This document shows positions 24,891 through 36,984 of a stretch of DNA of 64,000 nt, piece by piece (position 1 is the stretch's first letter; every line of letters begins with the position of its first letter). This DNA comes from Octopus bimaculoides (taxonomy: Eukaryota), in contig NC_068992.1 in assembly GCF_001194135.2 (NCBI RefSeq), forward strand, positions 33,282,243 to 33,346,242. The letters run 5' to 3'. Below the pieces are notes generated by a model. It ran no database searches, was not told the DNA's origin, and saw only the letters and a list, made by a program, of their open reading frames with translations. The translations under genes were made by a program, and so were the position numbers.

Positions 24891-25612
24891 AATTGAAAAA
24901 TATTTGGAGTCAGCAAGGAGTATAGTTGGACATTCCCTTTTTAATCACTACAGTTATTTCCATGAAACAGTTCTCCAGGCATGCAAGTACTTGATTATGC
25001 AACTGTTTCCCTGCATTATGAGATCTAGTGTTTTCTCAGGTGATATGTAAATATTGTCTCCTTAAGTTTACATTCTCGGCTTCAAGAACATCCTCTTTGT
25101 CTGTCATGGCCTGAATTTAATAGTAGTCATTGGTTTATCATGGTGTGCTCTTGGTGGAGGACCGTTGGCAAAATGCTTTGTATGTGTAGATGTAGTGGGA
25201 TGGTGATTCTGCAACTGTTAAAGTGGTTGGCCTTTGATTGAAATCAAAGGCCAATCCCTTTAAAATGAAAACCACTTTAACAGTAGCAGTATCCCCATCC
25301 CACTACATCTACACATACAAAGCAGTTTGCTACCATTTTTTCAGCAACAAGACACTGAGATATGCCAATGACTACTACTAAATTCAGGCCATGACAGACA
25401 GAGAGGATGTTCTTGAAGCAGAGAATGTAAACTTAAGGAGACAATATTTACATATCACCTGAGGAAACACAACTAGATCTCATAATGCAGGGAAACAGTT
25501 GCATAATCAAGTACCTGCACGCCTGGAGAACTACATTGCATAGAAACAACTGTAGTGATTAAAAAATAAATGTCCAACCATATCCCTTGTTGACTTCAAA
25601 TCTTTTTCAATT
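24891..25612. repeat. Fold-back element with ~330-bp arms and an internal 12-bp hairpin
   Basis: aattgaaaaa...gttggacatt...gagatctag...gtagtggga...aaagtggtt is mirrored on the right. The centre contains TTGGCCTTTGAT-TGAA-ATCAAAGGCCAA. Confidence 0.9.
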
Positions 25613-25620
25613 TTTTCAAT

Positions 25621-25675
<55 letters not shown>

Positions 25676-25714
25676 ATAAGTAATATGTGTGTGTACACAT
25701 GCACAATGTAAGGC

Positions 25715-25875
25715 AGTTGATTGGTAGTATCATTAATTCTTCAGAAATATGCATTCTGAGAATTGTTGCAGTCCTTTTTATTCTGAGTTCAAATTCTATT
25801 TGGCCATACATTGCTCTGCACTTGATAAAATACCAATTAAGTATTGGAGTCAATATAATTGACTAAAACCCATGC
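25715..25875 (-). mobile_element. Degenerate family-A SINE
   Basis: aaggcagttgattggtag...ctgagttcaaattct is on the plus strand as written, with the core towards 25870. Orientation and ends are approximate. Confidence 0.5.
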
Positions 25876-28055
25876 AAATATAACCCAACATGGTGTAGAT
25901 CAATACCTTAAACCAGTACAAGAATAAAAGAATGTGGTATATTTTATGACAGTCAGCTTTATTTAGTTTAGATTTCTCTTTGATTTCTTCCCTCCATGAT
26001 TGATTCTCATAAAGGTAACTGTCAATTATACAAGGTGCTTGCTGTTTAGAGCAAGGAGCTTTTGATCTTTGCAATACCTAATTAACATGAAGAGGATTGA
26101 AGTATTAATAAATTAATTCTATTTTTCTTGGGTCACAGTTCATTGCTATCAGAGGATTATAACCATAAATCTATTGGCTTTAGGCCTACCTTCAAACATT
26201 TCATCCAACTACAACTTTCAATCAATTATATATTTACTATGTACGGAATAAATGCTCTCAGATAAATCTGTGTAACATCTTCTGTGTTGTCACTACTCAA
26301 AGGTATTTATGTACCAATATTTTTTTTATGTATCAATTTTGTTTTTTATGTATCATATGAGTAATATTGGTATTCACTTAAGACTAAATCAACTATGATA
26401 GGATTTGAACCTAACAAGCAAAATTAGTTACTGACTTCTCATAACTTTCATTAATACAATTACCTAATATCGTTATAGTTCTATACTTTTCTCAAATTCC
26501 ATTATAAACTTGTGCTGCTACCTCTATAAGAAAATTAGAGTCTTGAAAATACTAGTTTATATTCAGATTTAGATTTCAGAATGAAGGAGTAGCATTCATA
26601 AAGAGAACAACTTCCAAATTTCTTCATTTATATATATACTGTATTAACACCTGACACTATTATCTAGAGACAAATTGAAAGTACAGGAATTTATTTATCA
26701 ATTTAGTTGTGTAGTTTGTAGATGCAATACAAATGATCTATTTTTATCTATTGTCTATACATTCATATGTATTCAGAGCACTGCATGAGGATTATGTGGG
26801 ATGAATATTTCTTCAAGATATTTATGGTAATAAATGCCTATATGTTGCAATATTAATGGACTAGTTAATCGAAGCCAAATCTTGGCGTTAAAATCATTCT
26901 TATATCTAGTTAACCCATGTTGTAGTCGTAATCATCTGGGAAACTTCCAAAAGAACTATCATGTCAGTAATTCAGAGCATAGTTTATTGACTAGAAGCTG
27001 GCTCTTAGAATGAAAGTACTGAAGAGATAATTTCCTTTCACTGAAATTTAGTCAGCAGAATGGCTGAAGCAATTAACTTAATAGAGACAAAACGTTTTGA
27101 ACACATTTAAAAGTAAAGACCTGAGGCAATAATTCAGAACATAATAAGATGCTTTAACATCAGTTCAGCTACATGACATCCCTTGGCACTAGACAGATTG
27201 GTGAAGGAAAAGAATATTATTCAGCTAGCAATAAAGAAAAATCACACAAATCTAATAGAATTATTATTAAATAATTTCTCATAATTTTCTTTGTGAAAAT
27301 AAACCAAACAATTACAACGCATTTAACACATGCATTGACTAACTGGCAACAACTTTGGATTTAGTGGTTCATTTTTAAAAGATTTCCTATTTTAACACAA
27401 CTTACACCAACACCACCCAAATATTTCCATCTCTCAATCTAGTATAGCATAAAAGGTGCTTGAGGCACTGATTTCTTTCCTTCTATTAATAACTAAAAAT
27501 AAAATCATATGGACTTGCTTGTTTTTCCAATAAATATGATCTTATTAAGTGTGTGTACATAGTCAGATAATATCTAGAAGGTTTGAATGTTTCTCTGTGT
27601 GTATCCCATCATTAATATTGTGCTCTATTCATAACCAAGTTACTAACTTAATTCCATTTATCTGTCAGCTATTCTTGTGGATAGAAATTATCAACAAGCA
27701 TTTTGTATTCTTAAAATACTGATGACAAAGCATCACATAGGTTTGCACTATGGTGGAAGCACATGTATAATGAATATACCTTAATTAATTATTCCATCTG
27801 CATGTTATATGTAAACTACACAAATGCAAACAACTGAATACACAATGCTTCATTTATTTTGCAACTGAGCTGTATGCAGCATCATGTAATATGGTGATGG
27901 TGTACTCAATTCTCTATTCAGTCTAAATAACTTGCAGGTGACTGCAGTAGAGTCAGATATTACTGAGAGGTAGATGTAATACTTAAAAAAATATTGCATA
28001 TTAAATTAGAAAGAGGATATAAAATTGTGAGTATTTTTCTGTGTTTATACATATA

Positions 28056-28557
28056 CAGGGGTTGGACAAAATAATGAAAACACCTTAAAATTTCAAGCAA
28101 ATTTATTTTAATAGGGAGTAGGACCGCTTTTGGCAATAATTACAGCCTGAATTCTATGAGCTATGAACTTGTACAAAGTTTGAATTGTTTCTAAAGAAAT
28201 TTTTGTCCATTCTTCAGCTACAACAATCTCCAGTTCTTGTAGTGATGATGGTGGATCATATCGTCTCCTTACTTGCTTTTCTAAAATGCACCATAAATAT
28301 TCAGTAATATTGAAATCTGGGGACTGTGGTGGCCAGATAAGATGTTCAACTTCACTAGAATGTTCCTCATGCCATTCAGTAACAACTTTAGCTGTGTGAA
28401 TTGGTGTATTATCATCCTGAAAGATTACGTTTCCCTCCAGAAACAGTTCTGAAACCACAGGAACAATTTGATCAGATAAAAGGCTTAAATAGTGTTGACT
28501 ATTAATTCTGCCATGAAGGGAAACTGTTGAGCCAGCGGATTTCCAAGATATAGCCCA
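28056..28557 (-). mobile_element. Tc1 (DD34E) transposon 3' part with right TIR
   Basis: ORF 28108..28458: IFQDDNTPIHTAK...WPPQSPDFNITEYLW...GPTPY*. TIR TA|CAGGGGTTGGACAAAATAATG. Confidence 0.9.
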
Positions 28558-29036
28558 TCGAGTGAAGATGCTTCTCTATAGCAGTGTGGGAGCATTTCAT
28601 TTTCTCTGCCAGTTCCCTTGTCATTTGGCAAGAATTTTCATGCAAAAGATGGTTTAATCGCTCTTCATTGAACTCAACTGGATGGACAGAATGTGGTGTG
28701 ACTTTGAGGTCAAATTTTCCATTTTTGAACTTGGCATACCAATCACGAGTGGTTCTTTCAGCTATAGCACCCTCTCCATACACAGCATAAATGTTGCAAG
28801 TGGCATTTGCAGCCTTAGAACCTTGATTAAAAGCAAAAGGGAGGTGTCGAAAATGCTAGTTTTTCTTAACTTGACATTCCAGAAATAAAATCTAACTAAA
28901 ATTAAGTAGAAAAAAAAAAAAAAAGATTCCAAAATGATTCAAAAACAGAATACTCAAAATATATAGATTCCAAAATTACAAATGCAATAAATTCCAAAAT
29001 TGAAAAAAAACAGCCGGAACTTAGTTGCCAACCCAA
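28554..29036 (-). mobile_element. mariner 5' part with left TIR
   Basis: YGEGAIAERTTRDWYAKFKNGKFDL...GRP-like...TRELAEKM is the mariner HTH region. TIR TA|TTGGGTTGGCAACTAAG. Confidence 0.85.
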
Positions 29037-29317
29037 TATATGTATGTATGTATGTATGTATACATATACGTGTATATATATGTGTGTATATATATATATA
29101 TACATATAGATATAAGTCAGTAAATGGTGGGGTTGTGTTAGCTGCACGTGGAGAAATAATAGGAAAATAAAAAATAATAATAAGGCAGAATGCTAAACTG
29201 AAAGCATATTTTAATATAGATGTGTATAAGAAGCATTAAAAAGGATTTCTCACCGGCTTTCATTGCATGGCAAAGAGGGAGAATGAGGGAGAATGAAAAT
29301 GTTTTTTACAAAAAAGT

Positions 29318-29706
29318 AAAAAATAATATATAAAAAAATAAATATACCAATACATTATATTGTCTTTGAGCCTTTAAAGTACAATGGTAATCCATGTAGA
29401 TAATTGTTAGAAAGATTAGGATGCATGGAATTAAGAGTTGTGTTTAAAAAAAATGGGGCTGAAAGTTTATGTGTTAAGTAGGAAGTGTGGTCTCAAAACA
29501 GGAAGTGTGGTGTCAAAAACTTCCTGTTTTGACACCACACTTCCTGCTTAACACAAACTTTCAGCCCCATTTTTTTTAAACACAACTTTTAATTCTATGC
29601 ATCCTAATCTTTCTAACAATTATCTACATGGATTACCATTAAACTTTAAAAGCTCAAAGACAATATAATGTATCGGCATATTTATTTTTTTATATATTAT
29701 TTTTTT
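29318..29706. repeat. Near-perfect ~390-bp palindrome with central 20-bp units (CAGGAAGTGTGGTGTCAAAA)
   Basis: The left arm is the reverse complement of the right arm over ~190 bp. The centre has two units on the left and an inverted unit plus a partial unit on the right. Confidence 0.9.
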
Positions 29707-29917
29707 ATATATTNNNNNNNNNNNNNNNNNNNNNNNNNNNNNNNNNNNNNNNNNNNNNNNNNNNNNNNNNNNNNNNNNNNNNNNNNNNNNNNNNNNNNNN
29801 NNNNNNNNNNNNNNNNNNNNNNNNNNNNNNNNNNNNNNNNNNNNNNNNNNNNNNNNNNNNNNNNNNNNNNNNNNNNNNNNNNNNNNNNNNNNNNNNNNNN
29901 NNNNNNNNNNNACATGT

Positions 29918-32900
29918 CATCATCATCATCATCGTTTAACATCTGTTTTCCATGCTAGCATGGGTTCGACAGTTCGATTGGGGTGTGGGAAGCCAGGAGG
30001 CTGCACCAGGCCCCAGTCTGATTTGGCAGTGTTTCTACAGCTGGATGCCCTTCCTAATGCCAACCACTCCATGAGTGTAGTGGGTGCTTTTTATGTGCCA
30101 CCGGCATGGGAGGCAGTCAAGGCGGCATCGGCCATGTTCGGATGGTGCTTCTCACATGCCACCAGCATCGGTATCACAACTACAATTTCAATTTCATTTT
30201 CATTTTGATGTTGATGTACTTGACTCAATAGGTCTCCTCAAGCACAGCAGGTGACCCTTCGATCCAAGGTACTTTTGAATGGGCTACGGCTGGTTATGTG
30301 AAACTGGTGTAGGATACAGCCATGAAATCAATTTGTTTACCGAGTCTTCAGAGTCATAGAATATCTCCAGAGGTCTTGGTCTTTTGTCATTGCCTCTGTG
30401 AGGCCCAACGTTCGAAGGTCAGACTCCATCACTTCATCCCATGTATTCCTGGGTCTACCTCTACCCTAGATTTCTTCAACTGTTTTGGAGTGGCACTTTT
30501 TCACGCAGCTCTCCTTATCCATCCGTAGTATATGACTATACCAGTGCAAACGTCACTCTTGCATGCCACATCCGATGCTTCTTATGTCTAACATTTCTCT
30601 CAGAGCGCTTACACTCTGTTGTGAGTGCAAACAGACATTACACATCCAGCGGATCGTGCTAGCTTCGTTTCTTTTGAGCCTACGCATGTTCTCCACAGTC
30701 GCAGCTCATGTTTCACTGCCATGAAGCATGGCAGTTTGCACACATGCATCGTACAATCTACCTTTCACTCTGAGCGAGAAGCTCTTTGTCACCAGTAAGG
30801 GTAGAAGCTTTCTAAATTTTGTCTAGGCTATTCTTATTCTAGTGGTAACACTTTCTGAGCATCCACCTCCACTACTAACTTGGTCACCTAGATAGCGGAA
30901 GCTATCAATTACTTCTAATTTCTTCCCCTGGAGTGTGAAGGAATCTGTTTTCTGAGCATCTGTGGTGTTTATTGCCCTGCACACAAAAGCTATCTTCCCG
31001 GTTAATCTTCCTTTGTTGTTGCTGCACCTCTTATGTGTCCATAGCTTACACTGGGTACATCTTATGAAGTTTCTACCTACACCTTTCTACAGATCGAGCA
31101 GGGTCACCTACCTGAGAGTGTGTGTGATGCATTCGCCTTCCTACTTATTAGAACTTTGGTCTTTGCAACATTGACTCTAAGGCCTTTCGATTCTAAACCT
31201 TGCTTCCACACCTGAAATTTCTTCTCTAGTTCAGGTAGTGATTCTGCTATATGGGTCAGGTCATCCACATAGAGGAGCTCCCAAGGGCAACCCATCTTGA
31301 GTTCCTCTGTTATTGCTTGGAGGACAATGATGAATAAAAGGAGGCTGAGAGCTGATCCTTGGTGGACCCCTACTTCTACCTGGAATTTTTCATTATACTC
31401 ATTGTCAATCCTAACCTTACTAATGGCCTCTCTATATAGGACCTGTAGAGCCCTTATTAACCATTCATGAATCTCCAGTTTCTGCATTGCCCACCGGATA
31501 ATGGATCAGGGGACCCTGTCAAAGGCTTTCTCCAAATCCACAAAAGCTAAGTATGCGGGTTTATTTTTAGCTAGGAATTTCTCCTGCAGTTGCCGCACCA
31601 GGAATATAGCATCAGTGGTGCTTCTACCTGGCACAAAACCGAACTGCATCTCATCTAAGCAGACTGTCTCCCTAATGAGATGGGCTATGACCCTCTCCGT
31701 GACCTTCATCACCTTATCCAGCAGTTTGATACCCCTGTAGTTTTTTTATCTAAAGCATCACCTTTACCCTTGTAGCAGTTGACTATGGTACTGCTATGCC
31801 AGTCATTGGGTATGACTCCATCATGAACTACCTAGTTTACAATGTGAGCGACTAGGCCATAGCCCACACCACCAGATGTTTTAAGCATCTCAGTAGTGAT
31901 TCCTGATGGGCCCGGGGCTTTTCCTGGCTTCATTTCCTTAATTGCTTTATCTGCCAGGGTGGTATCTATACGGGTAGCTGGTCCCTTTACTGGGTCAACA
32001 TTTGGCAGGTTCTCCTCCTCCCATTCATTCTCCACGTTCAGCAGTCTTTCGTATTGGCTTCTCCAAGCCTCTTTTCCAAATCATTAAAAGCGAGTGCACC
32101 ATCATCCATGCGGAAACATTTCTCTCCTGTGACATCACAATTTTCTCTCACACACTGTCTTGCAATCCAAAATACTTCAGTTCTCTGGTCCTCACGTCGC
32201 TGGACATTTGCAACCTTCTTCTTTTCTGCTTCGCCCTTGGCTATGTATACCTGTCGCCCAGCCTCCTTTTTGACTACCAGGTACAGTTCCCTGCTACCCC
32301 CACCCTTCCAGGCTTTCCAGGCCTGTTTCCTTGCTCTAATGGCTTTGGCTACCATACTATTCCACCATCACGTAACTCTAGGTCTGGAAGGGACTTTGCA
32401 CCATCCGCAGACTTGGTCTGTGGCACTCAGCAATCTGTCCCATAGGAATTTCCAGCTACCTTCTATGTCCAATGTCTGTAGCCCTTCCTCCCTCTCATCA
32501 AATTTCTTGATGAGGATGTCCCTAAATCTCTGATCATGTGAAGGGTTCTTAAGCTTCCAAATCCTTCTTTTCTGGATTGGNNNNNNNNNNCTTAAGCTTC
32601 CAAATCCTTCTTTTCTGGATTGGTCTGCTTTTTGGTATCCTTCTGGCCTCAAGCCTAAAGTCACTAATGACTAGCCTATGCTGGTGGGGGGTACGTTCTT
32701 CACCAGGGATGGTCTTTGTATTTAAGAGCAACCCTGCATCCTACTGTCTGGTGAGGATGAAGTCAATCTGGCTAGCAGAGTCACTTGATTGATAGGTTAT
32801 CAGGTAGCAGTCTGGCTTTCTGAACTAAGTGTTGCAGATAAAAAGGTTACATGCATCATAGAACTCCAGTAGCCTAGTTCCCTCATCGTTTCAGGAACTA

Positions 32901-34344
32901 ATACCATGGCACCCTGTGTACACCAGTGAAGATACTGGATTGCCACTCAACATACCCAATAAAATCTCCAGCTGCAAAGATGAGGTCATTGCCACTCGTC
33001 TTTGAGGTTGTCTGTAGAAGGGTATCATAGAAATGGTTCTTCCGATCATTTGGTAGGCCTACTTATGGGGCATAGGCAGAGATAATTGTAGCTGTCTTGT
33101 TCTGCAGGACTAGCCTGAGTTTAAGCACTCTGTCACATATCCTCACAACCTCTGTGACATTATCTACCCATTTCTCTGCAAGGAGTATGCCTAAACACCC
33201 ACTCCATCCATGTTACCTTGCCTGCGATGACTTTAGCTGAAGCTCCTCTCCATCTTACCTCTTGTGTGCAGCATACATCAACACTTCTCTTTTCAAGTAT
33301 CTGTACAATCTCACTAGACCTACCTTTCAGTATGCTTACATTGACTGTGCCAACTCTGAAAACTGGTAAAGGAATGTGGAGTGAGGCCTCGGGAGGAGAG
33401 ATGTTATTCACTGCCTGGAAAGAAGAGGGGGGGTTGTGTTCGTTTTTTAGGCAGGCTTCATTTGTTCTCACTTCCGAACTGACATCATTCAAACATTCAA
33501 GCATGTTAGGATTAAGATTGTTTCGTCTACTGGAGGTAGGATTAGGTGTTAGCGGCATTGTGGGTATAAGGATTATGGTCATCGTAAGAGGGGGGGGGGG
33601 GGTGATTTCAGAAAGAGAGAGAGAGAGAGGAAGCGAGTTCATCCATACATACACACAAGTACACACACACACTGATACAGAGGAAAAGCACACACGTACA
33701 GCCCATTAGCTCTGTCCTTCACTTGATTTGTGCATGGAAAATTACTGGGGAGTTGTTGGAATATTTCGAGATGAGACGAAACGAAACGCAGGATAGTCAG
33801 TTAAGCAGGTGGGCAGCTAATCTAGTTGCCCTTCTTCAGGGAGAGAGTGGGAGTGCAGGTAGTATAGAGAACAGCATCAGCGAGGAAGGGGGATTGAGAG
33901 AAGAGACATCTGGTAATGGTAGTGAGAAATTGCTAGACAGAACGAGATGAAACGAAAGATAGTTGGCAAGTAGGTGGGCAACTGAGTCAGTTGCATTTGT
34001 CCCAGGAGAGAGAAAGAGAGGAAGAGTGCAGGTAGTATATAGAGAACAGCCCAGTAAGGAGGAGCAGTGGAGAGAAGAGATATTAGGTAATGGTGGTGGG
34101 AGGAGAGAGATATCCAGTGTAGAAGGTGAGAAAATAGAGATAAGGATTGGGATAAAGATCGTGATATCCGTTACTGGTGGTGGGATGGGACAGGGTGGGT
34201 GCATCGCGCAATTTTAATTTGGGGAAATGGTATGAGGAATGAACAAAAATGGCAGGAGTATTTAGTATTGTATACATTCATAGTGTTCATGGCGGATGAG
34301 ATATTAAACTAGAGAGACGTGAAATTAGAAATTAAACAGGCCAA
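29918..34344 (-). mobile_element. Near full-length, inactivated RTE-clade LINE (~4.4 kb)
   Basis: APE: GTVNV...KGRSSEI...VDVCCTQEVRW and HQHRLVISD. RT: QFGFVPGRSTTDAIF...FVDLEKAFDRVP, GVHQGSALS and LLYVDDL (31261-31275). The 3' UTR ends in (GAT)n at 29918. Multiple stops and frameshifts; the 5' end runs into an N-gap. Confidence 0.95.
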
Positions 34345-34572
34345 NNNNNNNNNNNNNNNNNNNNNNNNNNNNNNNNNNNNNNNNNNNNNNNNNNNNNNNN
34401 NNNNNNNNNNNNNNNNNNNNNNNNNNNNNNNNNNNNNNNNNNNNNNNNNNNNNNNNNNNNNNNNNNNNNNNNNNNNNNNNNNNNNNNNNNNNNNNNNNNN
34501 NNNNNNNNNNNNNNNNNNNNNNNNNNNNNNNNNNNNNNNNNNNNNNNNNNNNNNNNNNNNNNATATATATAT

Positions 34573-35456
34573 CTGGTCATGTGGTGAGAATGGATGAGGA
34601 TAGCTGTGTGAAAAAGTGCCACACCCTAGCGGTTGAGGGAACCTGTGGAAGAGGCAGGCCCAGGAACACCTGGGATGAGGTGCTGACATACAACCTCTGA
34701 ACATTAGGCCTCACCGAGGCAATGACTTCTAACCGAGACCTTTGGAAATATGCTGCGTGTGAGAAGACTCGGCAAGCCAAGTGAGACCAAAATCCAAGAC
34801 CTCTGCCAGGGATATAGCCAGCTCACTTATGTGTACCTTTCCTTCATTGGACACTAAACTCCGCTTGCAAAGACCTGTTGAGGCAAGTGAAATTGAAATT
34901 GAACTAAATTTGACGACTGGCACCCATGCCAACGTCTCTTTCATTGAACACTAAACTCGGCATGAGAAGACCTGTTGGTTCAAGCGAAAGCGAAATCATG
35001 ATGGCACCTGTACCAGTGGAGTGCTAAGAGCACCGTTTGAGCGTGATCGTTGTCAGAGCAGCTGCCTGGCTTCCATGCTGGTGGGATGTAAATAGCACCA
35101 TTTGAGCATGATCGTTAGCGTCACCTTCCTGGCACTTGTGCCGGTGGCATGTGAAAAGACATTCGAGTGAGATCATTGCCAGTACTGCTGGACTGGCTCC
35201 TGTACAGGTGGCACGTAAAAAACACCATTTTGGGCATGGCCGTTGCCAGTACCGCCTGACTGGCCTTCGTGCCAGTGGCACGTAAAAGCACCCACTACAC
35301 TCACGGAGTGGTTAGTGTTAGGAAGGGCATCCAGCTGTAAAAACTCTGCCAAATCAGATTGGAGCCTGGTGTAGCCACATGGTTCACCAGTCCTCAGTCA
35401 AATCGTCCAACCCATGCTAGCATGGAAAGTGGACGTTAAACGATGATGATGATGAT
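34573..35456 (+). mobile_element. RTE 3' fragment with (GAT)n tail
   Basis: GHVVRMDEDSCVKKC...GRGRPR coding end and the family 3' UTR. Confidence 0.9.
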
Positions 35457-35467
35457 ATGTATGTATG

Positions 35468-35513
<46 letters not shown>

Positions 35514-35539
35514 TACATAAAAATATATAACTGTGAGAA

Positions 35540-36490
35540 TAAGAATAGGCTGACCAAAGTTCAGAGAGCTCCTAGCTCTGTTGGCAATCAAGGGTCTCTA
35601 CCTCAGAGTGAAAGGCAGATTGTATAATGCCTGTGTGTGAACAGCTATGCTACTCGCCAGTGAAACATAGGCTGTGACCACCAAGGACATGCGTAGGCTT
35701 GAAAGAAATGAAGCCAGCATTGTTTGCTGGATGTGCAGTGTCAGAGTGCATGTATGACAGAGTGTAAGCTTCCTCAGAGAAAAGTTGGAAATAAGAGGCA
35801 TCAGATGTGGTGAGCAAGACAGATGACTACGCTGGTATGGTCATGTGAAGCATATGGACAAGGACAGCTGTGTAAAGAAGTGCTGATCTCTAACTGTGGG
35901 GTTGACCTGTGGTAGAAGTAGAGCCAGGAAAACATGAAGCAAGGTGGTGAAGCATGACCTTTGAACTTTGGGCCTCACAGACTGAGACCTTTGGCAATAT
36001 GCCATGCTTGAGAAGACATGTCATGCCAAGTGAAATTGTAGTTGTGGCTAGTATCATATAACTAGCACATAGAAGCACTGTTCGAGTGTTGGGCCTCATG
36101 GAGGAAACATGGCTGATTCTGGTGTCATGTAACTGGCACCCATGTCAGTGGCACATAAAAAACACCTTTCAAGCATTGGGCGTCATAGAGGCAGTGACAA
36201 ATGATTGAGACTTTTGGCAATATGCCATGCTTGAGTAGAAGAGCTATCAAGCCAAGGGAAATTCTAATCATAGCGAATACTAATGTCATGCACCTGGTAT
36301 GCATGCTGGTGGCACATAAAAGCACCCATTACACTCTCAGAGTGGTTGTTCTTAGAAAGGGCATCCAGCCATAGACACCATGCCAAATCAGACTATAGTC
36401 TGGTGCAGCCCCTCAGCTTACCAACCCTGGTCAGACCATTCAACCCATGCCAGCATGAACAACAAACACTAAATGATGATGATAATGATG
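35540..36490 (+). mobile_element. Older RTE 3' fragment with (GAT)n tail
   Basis: YNACV*TAMLLASET*AV...RRLERNEASI...LRWYGHV and the family 3' UTR. Confidence 0.85.
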
Positions 36491-36984
36491 ATATATGTGT
36501 GTATGTGTATGTGTGTATATATCTATATATATATATATATATNNNNNNNNNNNNNNNNNNNNNNNNNNNNNNNNNNNNNNNNNNNNNNNNNNNNNNNNNN
36601 NNNNNNNNNNNNNNNNNNNNNNNNNNNNNNNNNNNNNNNNNNNNNNNNNNNNNNNNNNNNNNNNNNNNNNNNNNNNNNNNNNNNNNNNNNNNNNNNNNNN
36701 NNNNNNNNNNNNNNNNNNNNNNNNNNNNNNNNNNNNNNNNNNNNNNNNNNNNNNNNNNNNNNNNNNNNNNNNNNNNNNNNNNNNNNNNNNNNNNNNNNNN
36801 NNNNNNNNNNNNNNNNNNNNNNNNNNNNNNNNNNNNNNNNNNNNNNNNNNNNNNNNNNNNNNNNNNNNNNNNNNNNNNNNNNNNNNNNNNNNNNNNNNNN
36901 NNNNNNNNNNNNNNNNNNNNNNNNNNNNNNNNNNNNNNNNNNNNNNNNNNNNNNNNNNTTTTCACTGTTTCTTAAAAATTGGCT

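Noticed and set aside
29481-29546. 20-bp repeats as a CRISPR-like array
   Set aside because: There are no unique spacers, the units are in both orientations, the context is eukaryotic, and no cas genes are present.
32548-32623. 33-bp direct duplication around a 10-N gap
   Set aside because: This is a typical overlap of unmerged contig ends, an assembly artefact.
29918-34344. RTE element as an active retrotransposon
   Set aside because: The ORF is broken into many short frames by stops and frameshifts.
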